From the human T2T-CHM13v2.0 reference genome, Homo sapiens: a stretch of DNA of 64,000 nt. Shown piece after piece: positions 1 through 16,239 of the stretch. The notes under the pieces are model-generated. The model had not been told where the DNA came from. It ran no database searches and was given only the letters and a program-made list of their open reading frames with translations. The position numbers and the translations under genes were made by a program. The stretch is taken from the NCBI RefSeq assembly GCF_009914755.1, contig NC_060936.1. One strand, 5' to 3'. Position 1 is the first letter of the stretch, and each line of letters starts with the position of its first letter.

Positions 1-349
1 GCCATACCTCCAAATTTTGACTTTGGTTGTTACACTTATATAATAGACTGATTTTTTGATAACTTTTTAAATGTTGCTTCATATGTTTTCCAAGTTCTCT
101 GTTAATCACATATTTCTTTTGCAGCTAGGGGAAAGATTAGCAAAGAAAACTGTGGTGATATTTAAATTACAGATCACACTAAACAATGATTAAAGAGTTT
201 ACAGAAAAATGTGTTTGTCTTAACCTGGTTTCTAAAAGGGTAACGATGCCTTCTAACTCTGCCTCAATCTTATAAAGCTATTGGGAAAGCTAAATGCTTC
301 CATTTTCTTGCTCAGCCAGCTTCCTTTTCTGGACTTGCTTAATTTGGGC

Positions 350-760
350 ATTTCTCTGAGCTTCAAAATCTTGGAGTCGTTCTTCATTCCTTTCTCTGTT
401 TTCTGTATGGAGTCACTCACTGACATCTCTCACTAATCCTTCCTCCATCTCTCACACAGCTCTTTTCCATTCTAATTCCATATCCCTCCTGGTTTATGCT
501 TGATCAGTTCACATCTGAACCATGGAGACATCTCACTGAGTCTTCGTGCCTGCCAAGACTGTCCCTCTATTTACACATCTCCCATCTTCACCTCACATCC
601 TTCAGGTGATACCTCTTTAGAATATTCAACCACTCTCTTCCTTGTTGCTCTCACCTGCTATGTTCCCAATTCCATGCCTATGCTCTTGACACTGCTCCTT
701 GCAAAAATATCCAAGTTCTACTCCTCTTTCCCACTTAACCCCACCTCCACATGTTATGGT
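350..760 (+). mobile_element. L2 LINE fragment (highly diverged)
   Basis: Pyrimidine-rich sequence with L2-like phrases (cttggagtcgttcttcattcctttctct; catctgaaccatggagacatctcactgagtctt); recognised by eye. Confidence 0.45.
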
Positions 761-1054
761 CTCTTCTTCATCCCTTTGTATATCCAATCATTCTTTCAGT
801 ACATATTTCAAAACTATGTACTGTATACCAGATACTGGACTAGGCACAGGGAATACTGTGCTTAACTTGGGCACAGGCCTTCTTTATTATTTTCCAAATT
901 AGTGATGGACCACAATCAAAGGATTATGAAACTCAAGTTCAGAACATTATCTGCCTTAACAATAATTTATCACATCCTCCAATGACCACAGAAATCCTTT
1001 AAGAGCTCCTCATCTCTCTGCTTCCCTCTGACTTAGTCTCAAGAAATCTTTCTT

Positions 1055-2160
1055 GTATTCAACAGTTAATATGTGCCTGTGTACAAGGCTTTATGCTAGA
1101 TGCTAGAAATTGAGAGGTGAATAAAATCTGCTTCTTACAGAGAGCTCCAAGATTAACAAGGATGGAAGACAGGAAAAGATATACAATAGTGAGTAAAAGG
1201 TACTCTGATAGAAATGTACAGATTCGACTGGAGAATTCTACTTGGGAAGAGCAAGGAATGCTTCACAGATGAGGTCATGCTTGAGCTGATAACAGGTAGA
1301 AAAGGTGGGGACAGTATTTTAAGCAGCTGGAATAGTATTGCAAAGGCACAAGGCATTAAATGGCACAGCTTGTCAGGAAGCCACAAGTACTTCAATATGA
1401 CCCAAGTACACGAGGCTGGAGAGTTGGGCTGGGGCCAGATCGTTTTTTCCCTTGTTTTACATTCGAGGGAATGAGTAAACGCTGAAGAATTTTAAGCGAT
1501 GAAGTAACATGATTATATTTATATTTCAAAAAGTACCTCTGGTGGCTATATGGAAAATAGGGAGTGTGAGGGATGGGGCCCAGCTTAGGCAAAAAGTCAA
1601 AAGACAGAAGGCTGTTTTTAAAATCCAAGGAAGTTACGTGAATCAGGCAAGTAATGAAGTAGAGGAGTGGTGGCTAGGGTGAAGAGAAGGAAATAGTTTG
1701 GAGAGCTATCGGAGAGGTAAAATCAACAGGACTTATCTACTATTGGGTTTTAGAAGTTGAGGAAGAGGTAAACAATGACCTCTGAGTTTCTGGCTTGGGT
1801 TATACATATTCTAAGCAGAAAATACAGGTATTGTATACTAAAGGAGCAGGGTGAGCAGGGTATATAATAAGTTTAAGTTGCCTGTTAGGCATTGAGGTAG
1901 AAGGTCTTGGAGACTGTTAGATACACATGTCTCAAGTTCAGGATTTTGTTTGGGTTAGAATTAGAGATTTGGGAGTCAGAATACAGATAATGGATCAAAA
2001 CCATGAGAATGGTAATAGTGCCCAGAAGAAATGTAAATGATGAGAATGGGTGGGAAGGACAGAGCCTTGGGGTATACCAACAATTATGGGGTCAGAGTAA
2101 GAGAAACCAGGAAAGGACCCTGAGAAGAAATGGACAATGAGGCAGAAGGACAGCCAGGAT
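1055..2160 (-). mobile_element. L2 LINE, 3' portion (resumes at ~3600-4080 after the MLT1 and MIR inserts)
   Basis: L2 3'-end signature (tattcaacagttaatatgtgcc...tgctagatgctagaaattgaga) then purine-rich L2 body (gagaggtaaaatcaacaggactt; agagatttgggagtca). Confidence 0.7.
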
Positions 2161-2166
2161 AGGCTA

Positions 2167-3377
<1,211 letters not shown>

Positions 3378-3441
3378 GCTGTCATGTCAGAAACTAATCA
3401 AACAAACAAAAACATTAAAGAAAGAAAAAAAGTAGAGGGTA

Positions 3442-3585
3442 GTGATTCTGGGCAAGTTACTCAACCTCTCTCTGCCTCTCTTTCTTTTACTGCAAAATGG
3501 AGAGAATAGTGCCTACCTCATAGGCTTGTTATAGGGATTACATGTGCTAATGTTAGAAAGCACATAAAGCTGTGTCCAGCTTATG
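3442..3585 (+). mobile_element. MIR SINE
   Basis: MIR core: gggcaagttactcaacctctctctgcctc...aaaatggagagaatagtgcctacctcatagg. Confidence 0.85.
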
Positions 3586-4369
3586 TTATAATTTTTTAAA
3601 AGAGCAATGAGAGAGATTAAATAAGGCAAAGACCTAAAACTGGCCATTGGATTTGTTAATTAGGCAATTAGTTGTTGTTACCACTGTAGTTTTGGGGATA
3701 TGGTGGTTGTAGAAGTCTAATTATTGTAAGATGGAGGTGAGAAAATTGGAGAACAGGAATAAACATTATTTTGAAGTAAATGTTTAAGAAAGGATAGAGA
3801 AAGAATGCTGGCACCTTCTTAGGTGGCATATTCTTAGGGGAAGATGGGAAGTTATGGGAGATCTGAACACACATGCTATGGGGAAGGGGCTAGTGGATAG
3901 AACGGCTGAATATATGAGAAAGGGAATAATGACATAGTAAAATCCCAGAGGAGAAGAAATAGACGTGATCAACAGCTCAGATGTTGGCATTAACTTTGAA
4001 CTGGATTTTCTGAGTCTAGAGGGCAAACTATGAGGGTGAATCTTAGGAATTAAACCTAATTCCTTTCCTTGGCTTCTGTTCATCAGTAGGAATTACTCAC
4101 AGGTCTCTACCTGAGGCTATGACACCAGAGTTAGAGTTCTTGTCCACCATCCAATATTAGGGTGCCACACACTGTCATGGAGTTTACCTTCTTTCACAGG
4201 AAAGTTATATTAGGGCTTTGAGCGTTCAAGTTTAGAATTAGCAAGCAAAAATGTCATTTCTTTCAAAATGGTTAATTTCATAAACAATACCTGTCCTTTT
4301 CAAAAGATTTTTCTGATAGAAAAATGCAACTAGGTATAAATTTGTGTTAACAAACAGGCCCTCTTTGTT

Positions 4370-4520
4370 ATTTTAAACTTTTTATCATGGACATTTTCAA
4401 GCAAACATAAACAGAATCATATAATAAATTCCATGTACCCAGCACTTCAATAACTACCAGCCTATGACCAATTTTGTTTCACTTATACTCCCCTCTCACC
4501 CCCAACTTCACCCCTAGTGT
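4370..4520 (-). mobile_element. Old L1M 3' fragment
   Basis: ttttatcatggacattttcaagcaaacataaacagaatcatataataaattccatgtaccc resembles L1MC/ME 3'UTR. Confidence 0.5.
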
Positions 4521-4528
4521 TTTAGGGC

Positions 4529-4887
4529 TAATAGTTTGGCTGTGTCCCCACCCAAATCTCATCTTGAATTGTAGGTCCCATAATTCCCACGTGTTGTAGG
4601 ACGCACCGGTGGGAGATAATTGAATCAAGGGGGCAGTTTCCCCCATACTGTTCTCATGGTAGTAAATAAGTCTCACAAGATCTGATGGTTTTATAAGGGG
4701 TTTCCCTTTCCACTTGGCTCTCATTTTCTCTCTTGCCTGCTGCCATGATTTGCTCCTCCTTGCCTTCCACCATGATTGTGAGGCCTCCCCAGCCATGTGG
4801 AACTATGAGTCTATTAAACATCTTTCCTTTATAAATTACCCAGTCTCTGATATGTCTTTATTAGCAGTGTGAGATCAGACTAATACA
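4529..4887 (+). mobile_element. THE1 (MaLR) solo LTR
   Basis: tttggctgtgtccccacccaaatctcatcttgaattgta...ccatgattgtgaggcctccccagccatgtggaact...gactaataca; ~360 bp; TSD-like agggc/aaggc. Confidence 0.92.
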
Positions 4888-4937
4888 AAGGCAAATAGGC
4901 ATCATTAAAAAACAAAACAAAACAAAACAGGACTTTG

Positions 4938-5560
<623 letters not shown>

Positions 5561-6957
5561 CATTACACTAAATAATAAAATTAATAAAAAATTAAAAAAT
5601 AAAAATAGTAATATATAAAGTATATAAGAATCTATGAAGTATATAATCACTAAGTTTTGTTAGCATTAGCAAGCAAAAATGTCACTAAGTATACTGATCA
5701 TATACTTTATATATCTGCTTCTCTTTCATCACGTTACCAAGAACTGGATACAATTTAGTTTATATGAATAGTTTATATGAATTTGAAATAGAACAACAGA
5801 AATATTAATAAAGTCTAATTTTAGATGTTAATTTTTAAAAATGTCTTACAATTATTGAGAATTGTGTAATTATTAAGATTTACATAACGTCAGAGCTGGT
5901 AGGCTAGTAAATAGTAAATGTTTTTCATGTTTTTGTCAGTTGAACTGCTCAGCAGATATGCCTACCTTTGATTCTGCTGAGAAGAGAGAAAAAAAAAAAA
6001 AAGAAATGCCTACCTATCCTTCATATGATATGAACACCTCAGTTCCAAGGTTTAGAATTAAATAATTTTGGTGACTATTTTGCTGCTTAACATTTACCAT
6101 TATTTTAATGTAAAATTGTTTTTAATAGCTCAAACAGACCATCAAGTGCTGATGTTGGTGTTTGAAAGCTCACTCCCGTACCAGTAACTTTAGAATAGAA
6201 GTAAAATGTGATAAATTACTCTGAAGAAGGCCAAACTTCACAACAGCCAGTATTGTTTGTTTAGAGTATGGACTGAAAAATACTAGAAATGATGCTGAGA
6301 TACTCAAATGCAGCAGATACATCTTTAACCTTTAAAATACCTCAGGTATCTGGGCAAAACAAAGAGGAAAAAACCTACTAGTGACTCAGCTGCAAGATCA
6401 ATATCAGTGTAACAGATTTATAGGCTCTGAAAAAGTACTCCAACGCCCATCACTATTTATTTTATTTCTATTGGAATATTATGCTAGGTCTTCAAGAATA
6501 TATTATGTACATGGAAATCAACTGTCCTCTCAATTAGTGCAGATACCCAAAAGTATATCATTGTACAACACTATTTTATAGTATATCTAAGATAATCAAA
6601 AGAGGAAAAGAAATTTTAAAAAATCATTTTAATTTTAAATTTAAAGTAGCTTATTTGACAGTTTTCACAAAAGGAAAAATAGAAGTTAAAAAATAAAGTA
6701 GCTTGTAGCAACCACTTCATTTGCCAACCTTCTGTAGCTAAGTGTAGCCCTGCGACAAAGTTGGGACCAATGGGATGTAAGCAGAAATGTTACGTGGCAG
6801 TTTATAGGATACTCTCTATAAAAGATAGCTGGTGTCTTTTCAGTAAATGGTGTGAGAAACCCGAATATCCATGGGCAAAAGAATGAAGCTGGAGCCTTAA
6901 CTTACACTCTATACAAAAATTAATTCAAAATGGATCAAAGACTTAAGAGCTAAAACC

Positions 6958-8109
<1,152 letters not shown>

Positions 8110-8222
8110 AAATAGATAAATAGTATTATATCATAATTTAAAACTTTTGTGTATCAAAGAGTACCATTAAAAGAGTGAGAAGGCAACCTAGAGAATGGGA
8201 GAAAATATTTGCAAATCATATA

Positions 8223-9310
8223 CAGTCATGCATCACTTAACACTGGGAATATGTTTTGAGAAATGAGTCACTAGGTGATTTTGTCAATGTGTGAACATCA
8301 CAGAGTGTACTTTCACAAACCTAAATGATGTAGCCTGGGTGTGTAGTAGGCTATATGGTATATAGCCTATTGTTCCTAAGCTACAAACCTGTATAGCATG
8401 CTACTATACTGAATACTGTAGACAACTATAACACAATGCTAAGTATTTGTGTATCTAAGTATGTCTAAATGATATGGAAAGGAGACAGAGAAATACTGGG
8501 TAGAAGAGGAAAGTTCCCCAGCAAAGGACTACCTGGAAACCTGAGGCCCTAAATGGGTACAGGCATTCCTGTTTTCATGCCCAAAAGTTGCCTTTTGGCC
8601 CAGCATGCCCTGCTATCCTACACCCATATAAACCCTGAAGCCCTGGCTCCACGAGGAGATGGACAGAAGAGCAGAAGGACAGCAGAATGGCACAGGAGAG
8701 AGAAGAGAAAGAGCGTCTACACACTGAGAGGAGTTCAGCTGGGGATTATTGGAGAGGAGATCAGCCACTGGATGGCCAAACTCCAGGAGAAGATCATCTC
8801 CCCACTCCATCCCCCTTCCACCTCCTCATCCACCCCACTAAGAGCCACCCCCACCACTCAATAAAACCCCTGCATTCATTTTTCAAGTCCATGTGTGACC
8901 TGATTCTTCCTGGATGCTGGACAAGGACCTGGGTACCAAGAGGGCACTGAGCTGTTTAACACTTAAGCCATCTGCAGACGGCAAGGCTAAAAGAGTGCAC
9001 TGTAACACACACCCACTTGGGCTTCAGGAGTCGCAGGCACCCACCCCTTGACGCTGCCAAGGGGCCAGAGCCCAGGGGTGCTCGCCCCAGCTCCTGCACC
9101 TGCCCATCTATGTGCTCCCTCTCCCATAAGGGGTTTGAGTGCACACAGCGGCTGAACAGATGAGCCCTGTCACACATCCTGCGAGGGGGGTCAGGGAACT
9201 CTCCCGATTCACAAACATAGAACAAGTGTTCATAAAAAAAATAGTATTATAGTCTCATGGGACCAATGACATATATTTGTAGACCAAAATGTCACTATGT
9301 AGCACGACTA
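8223..9310 (+). mobile_element. Tigger3/MER7-type TcMar element interrupted by a MER50 LTR
   Basis: Terminus cagtcatgcatcacttaac; body acatcacagagtgtactttcacaaacc; resumes aaacatagaa at ~9212; TA flanks. Confidence 0.8.
8470..9211 (+). mobile_element. MER50-type ERV1 solo LTR
   Basis: tgatatggaaaggagacagagaaatactgggtagaagagg...tcagggaactctcccgattca; internal TATAAA (8627) and AATAAA (8860). Confidence 0.8.
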
Positions 9311-9743
9311 TATCTGATAAGGGTTTAATATCCAGAATATATAATGAACTCCTGTAACTGAACAGCAAAAAAGAAAAAAAAAAAAAAATCCAAGCAATCC
9401 AATTAGAACAAAAGGAGTTGAATGGACATTTCTCCAAAGATATGCAAATGGCCAATAAGCCCAAGAAAAGACGCTCAACATCACTAAACGTTAAGAAAAT
9501 GCGTACCAAAATCACAATGATATACTAATTCACAACCATTAGAATGGCTATTGTCAAAAAACAAAAAATAACAAGCATTGGTGAGAATATGGTGAAATTG
9601 GAACCCTTGTGCATTGCCGGAAGTATAAAATGGTGCAGCCGCTATGGAAGACAGCAGGGCCATTCCCCAAAATATTAAAGACAGAATTACCATATGACCC
9701 ACCAATTCTACTTCTGGCTATACACTCAAAAGACTTGAAAGCT

Positions 9744-10018
9744 GCCAGCCACAGTGGCTCATGCCTGTAACCCTGGCACTTTAGAATGCCCAGGCAGGAG
9801 GATCACTTGAACCCAGGAGTTAGAGACCAGCCTGGCAATATGGAAAAACCCTGCCTCTACAAAAAATTTAAAAATTAGCCAGGTGTGGTGGCACACTTTT
9901 GGTCCAAGCTACTCAGGAGGCTGAGGTGGGAGGATCACTTCAGCCTGGGAGGTTGAGGCTGCAGTGAGCTAAGTTTGTACCACTACATTCTAGCCTGGAC
10001 CCTGTCTCAAAAAAAAAG
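9744..10018 (+). mobile_element. AluJ
   Basis: Alu consensus; TSD aaaagacttgaaa/aaaagatttgaaa. Confidence 0.9.
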
Positions 10019-10801
10019 ATTTGAAAAGGACTGAAACAGATACTGGTACACCCATGTTCACAGCAGCATCATTCACGATAGCCAAAAGGTGGAAGCCACC
10101 CAGTGTCCATCAACAAATAAATGGATAAACAAAATATGGTATATACATACAATGAAACATTATTTGGCCTTAAAAGGGAAGGGAATTCTGATATATGCTA
10201 CAATGTAGATGAACTTTGACCACGTTCTGCTAAGTGAAATAAACCAATCACAAAAGGACAAACAATTGTATGATTCCACTCATACGAGGTATCTGGAGTT
10301 GTCAAATTCATAAAGACAGCAAGTAAAATGGTGGTTGCCAGGGATGGAAGAGAGGGGAGAATGGAGAGTTAATGTTTAATGAGTATGGAGTTTCTGTTTG
10401 GGAGAATGAAAATGTTTGGACATGAATGGTGGTGATGGTTATACAGTGCGAATGTACTTAATGCCACTGAACTAACCATACACTTAAAAATGGTTAAAAT
10501 GATAAATTTTGCTATGTATGTTTTATCACACATACACAAAATAAAGGTAATTGGTTAATCCCCTTGCTCCTTCTTCTTTGTTCATTCCCCTTTCTTGCTG
10601 CCTGGAATGTAGATGTGATGGCTGGAGCTGGAACAGTCTCCTTGGACTTCACAAGTTGTACCTTGCAATTCCAGGGGGTACCATTTACATAGAATGTATA
10701 GATTTTTACATAAGGAGAGAAGTACTCTGTCTGGTTTAACCACTGTTCTTTTGGATTTCTGTTACTTGCAAACAAAACTAGTTCTAACTGATATAATAGG
10801 T

Positions 10802-10847
10802 TCTATCTATCTATCTATATCTATCTATCTATCTATCTATCTATCTA
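10802..10847. repeat. (TCTA)n microsatellite
   Basis: ~11 TCTA units with one TA interruption. Confidence 0.95.
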
Positions 10848-11697
10848 GGTGTATATCTTATAACTAAAGTATTCATAAACAATAACCTTTAAAGTCCAGA
10901 AGCATGTAGACTATTATAATAAATGTGAACAAATTCCAAATGTATGCTAAATTCTGAACAGCAGAAAATCTGGCAGGGAAAAAAATTACATATCAGAGTC
11001 CCATTTTTAAACTTATTTAGGTATTATGTTAATTACCTTATAAGTAGTGACAAATATTGTATAACTATGAGGTGATTTATCAATAGAGGCCTGGAATACT
11101 ATGCAGTTGTTCAAAATAACAAGATGAATGTATATATAAGCAAGTGGCAGAACTGCTTGCATTGTATGGTCCTGTTAACATGAAAATAAAAGGTGACTTG
11201 TGCTGCCATGTGTAGGAAAGACATAATAATACGTAACAGTTGGTAGTCACTGTTCTAAGAGCTTTCTCTGAATTATCTCTGTAAGTTCTCAAAACATGCC
11301 CATGAAAATTAAGAAATGTAAGGTAATCACACCATGATTACACCTTAGAGAATTAAATAGGGTTGCATTCCGAAGACATATTTAAGATATTACAAAGGGA
11401 GAAAAGATCAACACAAACCCCTAAAAATGTAGTAAATGTCAAAACTCAGGGTGATGGATTTTGATATAATATTGTATAATGCAACATTTCTCAAACCATA
11501 CTTGGACACTGAAGACTGCCTGGTCACCATTTAAAAAAAATACAATATTTAATAGCTTACCCAGAAGAACTAAAATAATGAAAAGGAAAAATGAAATCAA
11601 TGATATGGAATCTAAATACTAGATTAAATAAAGACAAATAGATGTACAAGGCACCACATGCTGCTGTAAGGGTTATCTCTACACAATTCTAGGGGGC

Positions 11698-12103
11698 TGT
11701 AGAAGACTTTGTGGTGCCCCAGCTTCTTCTTATGCTCTGGCCGACTTTCACTCAGTATCTGAATCTCTGTCCCTGAAGACTCCTTCCTTCCACTCCCTAC
11801 CCTATCCCAAAACCACAGAAAGCCCAGCCAATGCTTCTAGCAGACCAAAGGGACAAGCAATCAACACACACACACACACCCTAACAGATCTCAACCAGTG
11901 ACTTACCTCAGAGCTGGCATAGAAATACTATAGCTTCCTCACACCTTGGTTGGGATAATTTTAAGGCATATATTTTGAATTTTTTCCCAGTTTCGGCCAT
12001 GAAATTAAGCTCCAGCCACTTACTGGAGTGCCTAACTTAATAATGCATCCTTTATTAGCTATATTCTCTTCCTGGTATCACTTCCCCACTTTCTTACTGG
12101 TGT
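11698..12103 (+). mobile_element. LTR16-type ERVL LTR (3' truncated)
   Basis: cagatctcaaccagtgac...cttcctcacaccttggttgggataatt...aagctccag...cacttccccactttcttactggtgt resemble LTR16. Confidence 0.6.
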
Positions 12104-12827
12104 CAGGTAAGTGAGATTTGCTAGAACCACCCTGGATCAGGGAAACATGTGATTTAAGAAGATAAAGGATAAAAGGGTAGGTGATGAGGAACCTTTGATT
12201 TCTGTGTGTCCACATGATCACCCATAGTATGGAGCAGCAGCTGTGCTGTAATCCGTTACTAAAGGGAAAAATTACCAGTGGAACTTAGAGATGGATCCAG
12301 CTCCTGCAGTGTGTTTCATTTAATGCATAATGAAATACTACCTAATAAGAAAAAAGTGAAACATGCAATCTCTTGGTTATTATTACCTCTAATCAATAAA
12401 ATTAAATTAAAAGAGTGCTGGGTTGGACCTCGATGCTAGACCAAGCTCAGATTTTAGTTGTTCTGAGATTTGGCCACAAGCCTCAAAGCCACCCACCAAG
12501 GGACAAATTATGCAGAGACAACAGAAAGTACCTCTAAGACCTGTGGTTGCCAAGAAGGTAGTCAATGTTGGGGGAAGAGCAAAACCAAGAAACTATTGAA
12601 ACTAGATGGTATAGTGTTAAGAAATTGTTTTATTTTGTAGATTTGTATCATCAGCTCCCTGAGGAACTTTTACTAAAATGAATTGTGAGAGTAACTAATT
12701 TAGAAGCTGAAGCATTTTAAATGCTACAAAATGGAAGAATATGTTTGGGTTGATGCAGAACCCACATTCACTATGGAGCAGTCACAGGTGGCTATATGTG
12801 ATGTAGACACAATCTAAATTGTTTTAG

Positions 12828-14238
12828 ATTGTAATCAATTGCTTATAAGAGAATACCTAAGACTGAGTCTCTGCCTGGGCCCCCAGCCTTTCAACACATC
12901 CTTTGAAATCTAGGTGGAGGCTGCCAAGCCTCCTTCACAGCTCTTGCTTTCTGTAAGCCTGCAGAATTAGCACCACATGGACACCGTCAAGGCTTACAGC
13001 TTGTATCTTCTTAAACTGGGGTTGATATGTACCTGGGGCTGCTTGGGAACAGAGCAGGAGGCTGAGAAGCACCACACTGAAATTCCAGGACTCTGGGGTA
13101 GTGAGCCTGTGAAGAATGCCTCAGCCTATCCCCCAAAATCATTCTGCCTGATGAGAGGGTCAGCCTTGAAGATCTCTGACAAGTCTCTGGGATCTTTCTT
13201 CCACTGTCTTGTGGAATAGCACCTGGTCCCTTTGTATTCATGCTAATCTCTTTGGCAAAGGGTCGCTGGGCTACACCCTTGGTTTCCTCTCCCTAACACA
13301 CTTTTTTCAAGCTAAGAGTTTTCCAGATCTTTCCACTTCTCTTTGATAATAAATTTTGTGTCCAAGTCATTTTTTCCCTCTCAGAGCTTAATGTAAGCGG
13401 TTAAAAGTAGCCACAAGGAGTTAAAAGTAGCCAGTCAGCAGCCTGAATGCTTTGTTTCTCAGATATTTCTTCCACCAGATACCCTAGTCCATCACTCTCA
13501 AGTTCAGCCTTCCACAAAGCCCTTGGGCAGGGCTGAGAAGTCCAAGGTGGAGGGGCTGCATCTGGTGAGGGCCTTCTTGCTGATGAGGACTCTGCAGAGC
13601 CTAAGGTGGCACAGAGCATCACATGGTGAGGGGGCCGAGTGTGTTAGCTCAGTTTTCTCTTTCTCTTCTTTTAAATCCACTAGTCCCAGTCCTGAGATAG
13701 CCCATTAATCCATTAACCCATAAATGGATTTGTTAAATTAAGATTAGCGTAAAGCTGCCTCCTTACATATTTTAAGTTCAGCCCAAAGGTTTCTCACACT
13801 GTAACATAACTGGATATACAAACAGACTATAACCTACTCTTGTAACAAGTAGCTGAATCTCAGCCAATCATGGGTTGTCAACTGTTCAGTGTTCAAATAA
13901 GGCAAATGCTGAGCAGTAATCAACCCAAGCTGTTTTGTACCTCAGTTCCACTTTCTGTGCATCACCTTCCTTTGTTCTGCCCACAAATGTTTTCCAACCA
14001 TGTGGCAGCCCCAGAGTTGTTCTGAATCTATTCTGATTCTTGGCACTTCCCAATCTGTGAATTTTTGCTCAATTAAACTCTGTTAAATTTAATTTGTCTA
14101 AAGTTTTTCCTTTAAAATTAATCTATAAGAGCAGAGCCTTCATGACCTTATCACCTCTTAAAGGCCCCACCTTTCAATATTCTTACATTGGAAATTAAAT
14201 TTCAACATGAGTTTTGGAGGAGATAAATATTTAAACCT
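12828..14238 (-). mobile_element. MST/MLT1A-type MaLR (LTR pieces plus internal fragment) inserted in the ERVL gag
   Basis: Internal-like ctttgaaatctaggtggaggctgccaagcctcc; LTR ggctgagaagtccaaggtggaggggctgcatctggtgagggccttcttgctg...tttcaacatgagttttggagg. Confidence 0.7.
13731..14116 (+). mobile_element. MER57-type ERV1 solo LTR
   Basis: tgttaaattaagattagcgtaaagctgcctccttacatattttaagttcagccc...ctctgttaaatttaatttgtctaaagtttttc; homologous to 21662-22082. Confidence 0.8.
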
Positions 14239-15762
14239 TTTGCTGGGGGATTGGATAACAGCTACTGTGAGGTCTGTTTATCCTGAGAAGGGGAACTGTC
14301 CAACTTCACTTATAAACACCAGGTGGAACACCCCAGATGAGATGGCTAGTATGCTATGTATGCAAGCCATGTGGGACTGGCTTTATGATGACTGGGATAT
14401 TTACCTGTTGATAATGCCCATTACCTAGGTAATAGTAAATGCCATGGTTAATGTGGCATTTACCCCTTTAATGTGGACCCCTCATATAAGCTTACTGCTA
14501 CAAAACAAAACAAAAGTTCAGGAAGCCTTATCAGATTTGCTCTCTCAGCTTCCCCTCCAGGGTCTTACAGATGCTAATAAAAACATTAAGTTAACAGACA
14601 ATGGGAAAAGGTAAATGGGAGAGTCAAAGGAATGGTCTCAGGAAGGTGGACATTTTTAAACAGTTATTAAGAAATAAGGTAAACAAAGAAAACATTGAAG
14701 AAGAGAGGGAGAGTCATGGGACTTATCCCAGGAGGGTGGAATTCTTTAGATGGTGATTTTTAAATGGGATGAATAAAATGGAAACTGATGGAGTTAAAGG
14801 TCTCAATACAACACTATTGAAGGCTGTGTGAACCAAAGAAAGCCCCTGTTAGTCCCCAAACATTAAGAGGCTCCAAATATGTCTGCTGTATTTCCCAGCT
14901 TGGAGAAATTTTGAAAGTCAGAAGAGAAATATTATAATAAGAAATCTGATCTCAAATTGCCTGGGGCAATAGGCAGGCAGATTAATCAAGATAAAAATAG
15001 AAATAGTGCCAGGGTTCCTTGGCTCAATCCCCTGCTGGGGACTCAAAGCCTTGTGTACACAAGTGGGTAATATGGTCAGGGGGTGGTAAAGAGAAATTCC
15101 TGTGACTCCTTGATACATGAGAGCCCCACATGCTATGGTGCTATGGTCCACTGGTAAAGCCCTGACTTGGGCTACAATTAGATTGAAAGAACATAAAAAT
15201 ATAAAAGGTTGATAGAATTATGAAATTTGGAATGTTTAGTCAGGCTTTATGTAAAGTTTACCCTTTACCCAAATGTCTTATGTGAATGGATATTATGTCT
15301 GGCTGGGGAACACTTCTCTTACCTTGTCTTATAAAACAGAAGGCATGTAAATATGCCCTTCAAACAATATTAATTGGACATGCTAAATGGGAACCAGAAA
15401 GATTTCTTGAGCCCACATAGTATAGAATAGAAGCTGGAGTGATGATATGAACAAATTCTCCGTGCAATAGCCCTGTATGGAGCCTAGACTGGGGCTTATG
15501 GCAAAAGCCTATGTACACCTTCCAGTGACAACTACTGGGTCTTTGAACTAGAGAATTCTCACTTGAGGGGCATTTACCACCTTGTGATGGGACATCATTT
15601 GAAGCTACCTATGACTGAAGGATGTAAAATAATCTTGAAACCTGAAATACCCATAATTTCTTGGTTGATGTCAGAGAAATGCTTCAGTGGGGATGGCAGT
15701 GTCCAGAAGAGTTCCATAATATAATGGAAATGGTTTATACAGGATCATGCCACCTGAAAATG

Positions 15763-16239
15763 TAGTCAGCCCTCGGTATCAGTGGGGGAACTGGTTCCAA
15801 GACCTCCAGTGGACACCAAAATCCACGGATGCCCAAGTCCCTTATATAAAATTGTGTTGTATTTGCATATAACCTATACACATCTTTCTGTATACATTAA
15901 ATCAACTCTGGATTACTTATAATACCTAATACAATGTAAACAATTGTTATGCTGTATTCTTTTTTTCAATTTGTATTCTTGTTATTGTATTGTTTTTACT
16001 TAAACAGAATTTTTATTTTTAATATTTAAAAAATTAATTTTAAGTAGAGACGGGGGTCTCTGCCCAGGCTGGTCTCAAACCCTTGAGCTGAAGCAATCCT
16101 CCTGCCTCAGCCTCCCCAAGAGCTGGGATTACAGGTGTGAGCAACTGTGCCCGACCTCTTTACTTTTTTCCAAATATTTTTGATTCATGGTTGGTTAAAT
16201 CTGTGTATGCAGAACCCATGTATACAGAGAGCAAACTGT
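15763..16239. mobile_element. MER2 (TcMar-Tigger) element containing an antisense Alu monomer (~16020-16155)
   Basis: tagtcagccctcggtatc...ccaaaatccacggatgcccaagtcccttatataaaa...gaacccatgtatacagagagcaaactg. Confidence 0.8.
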
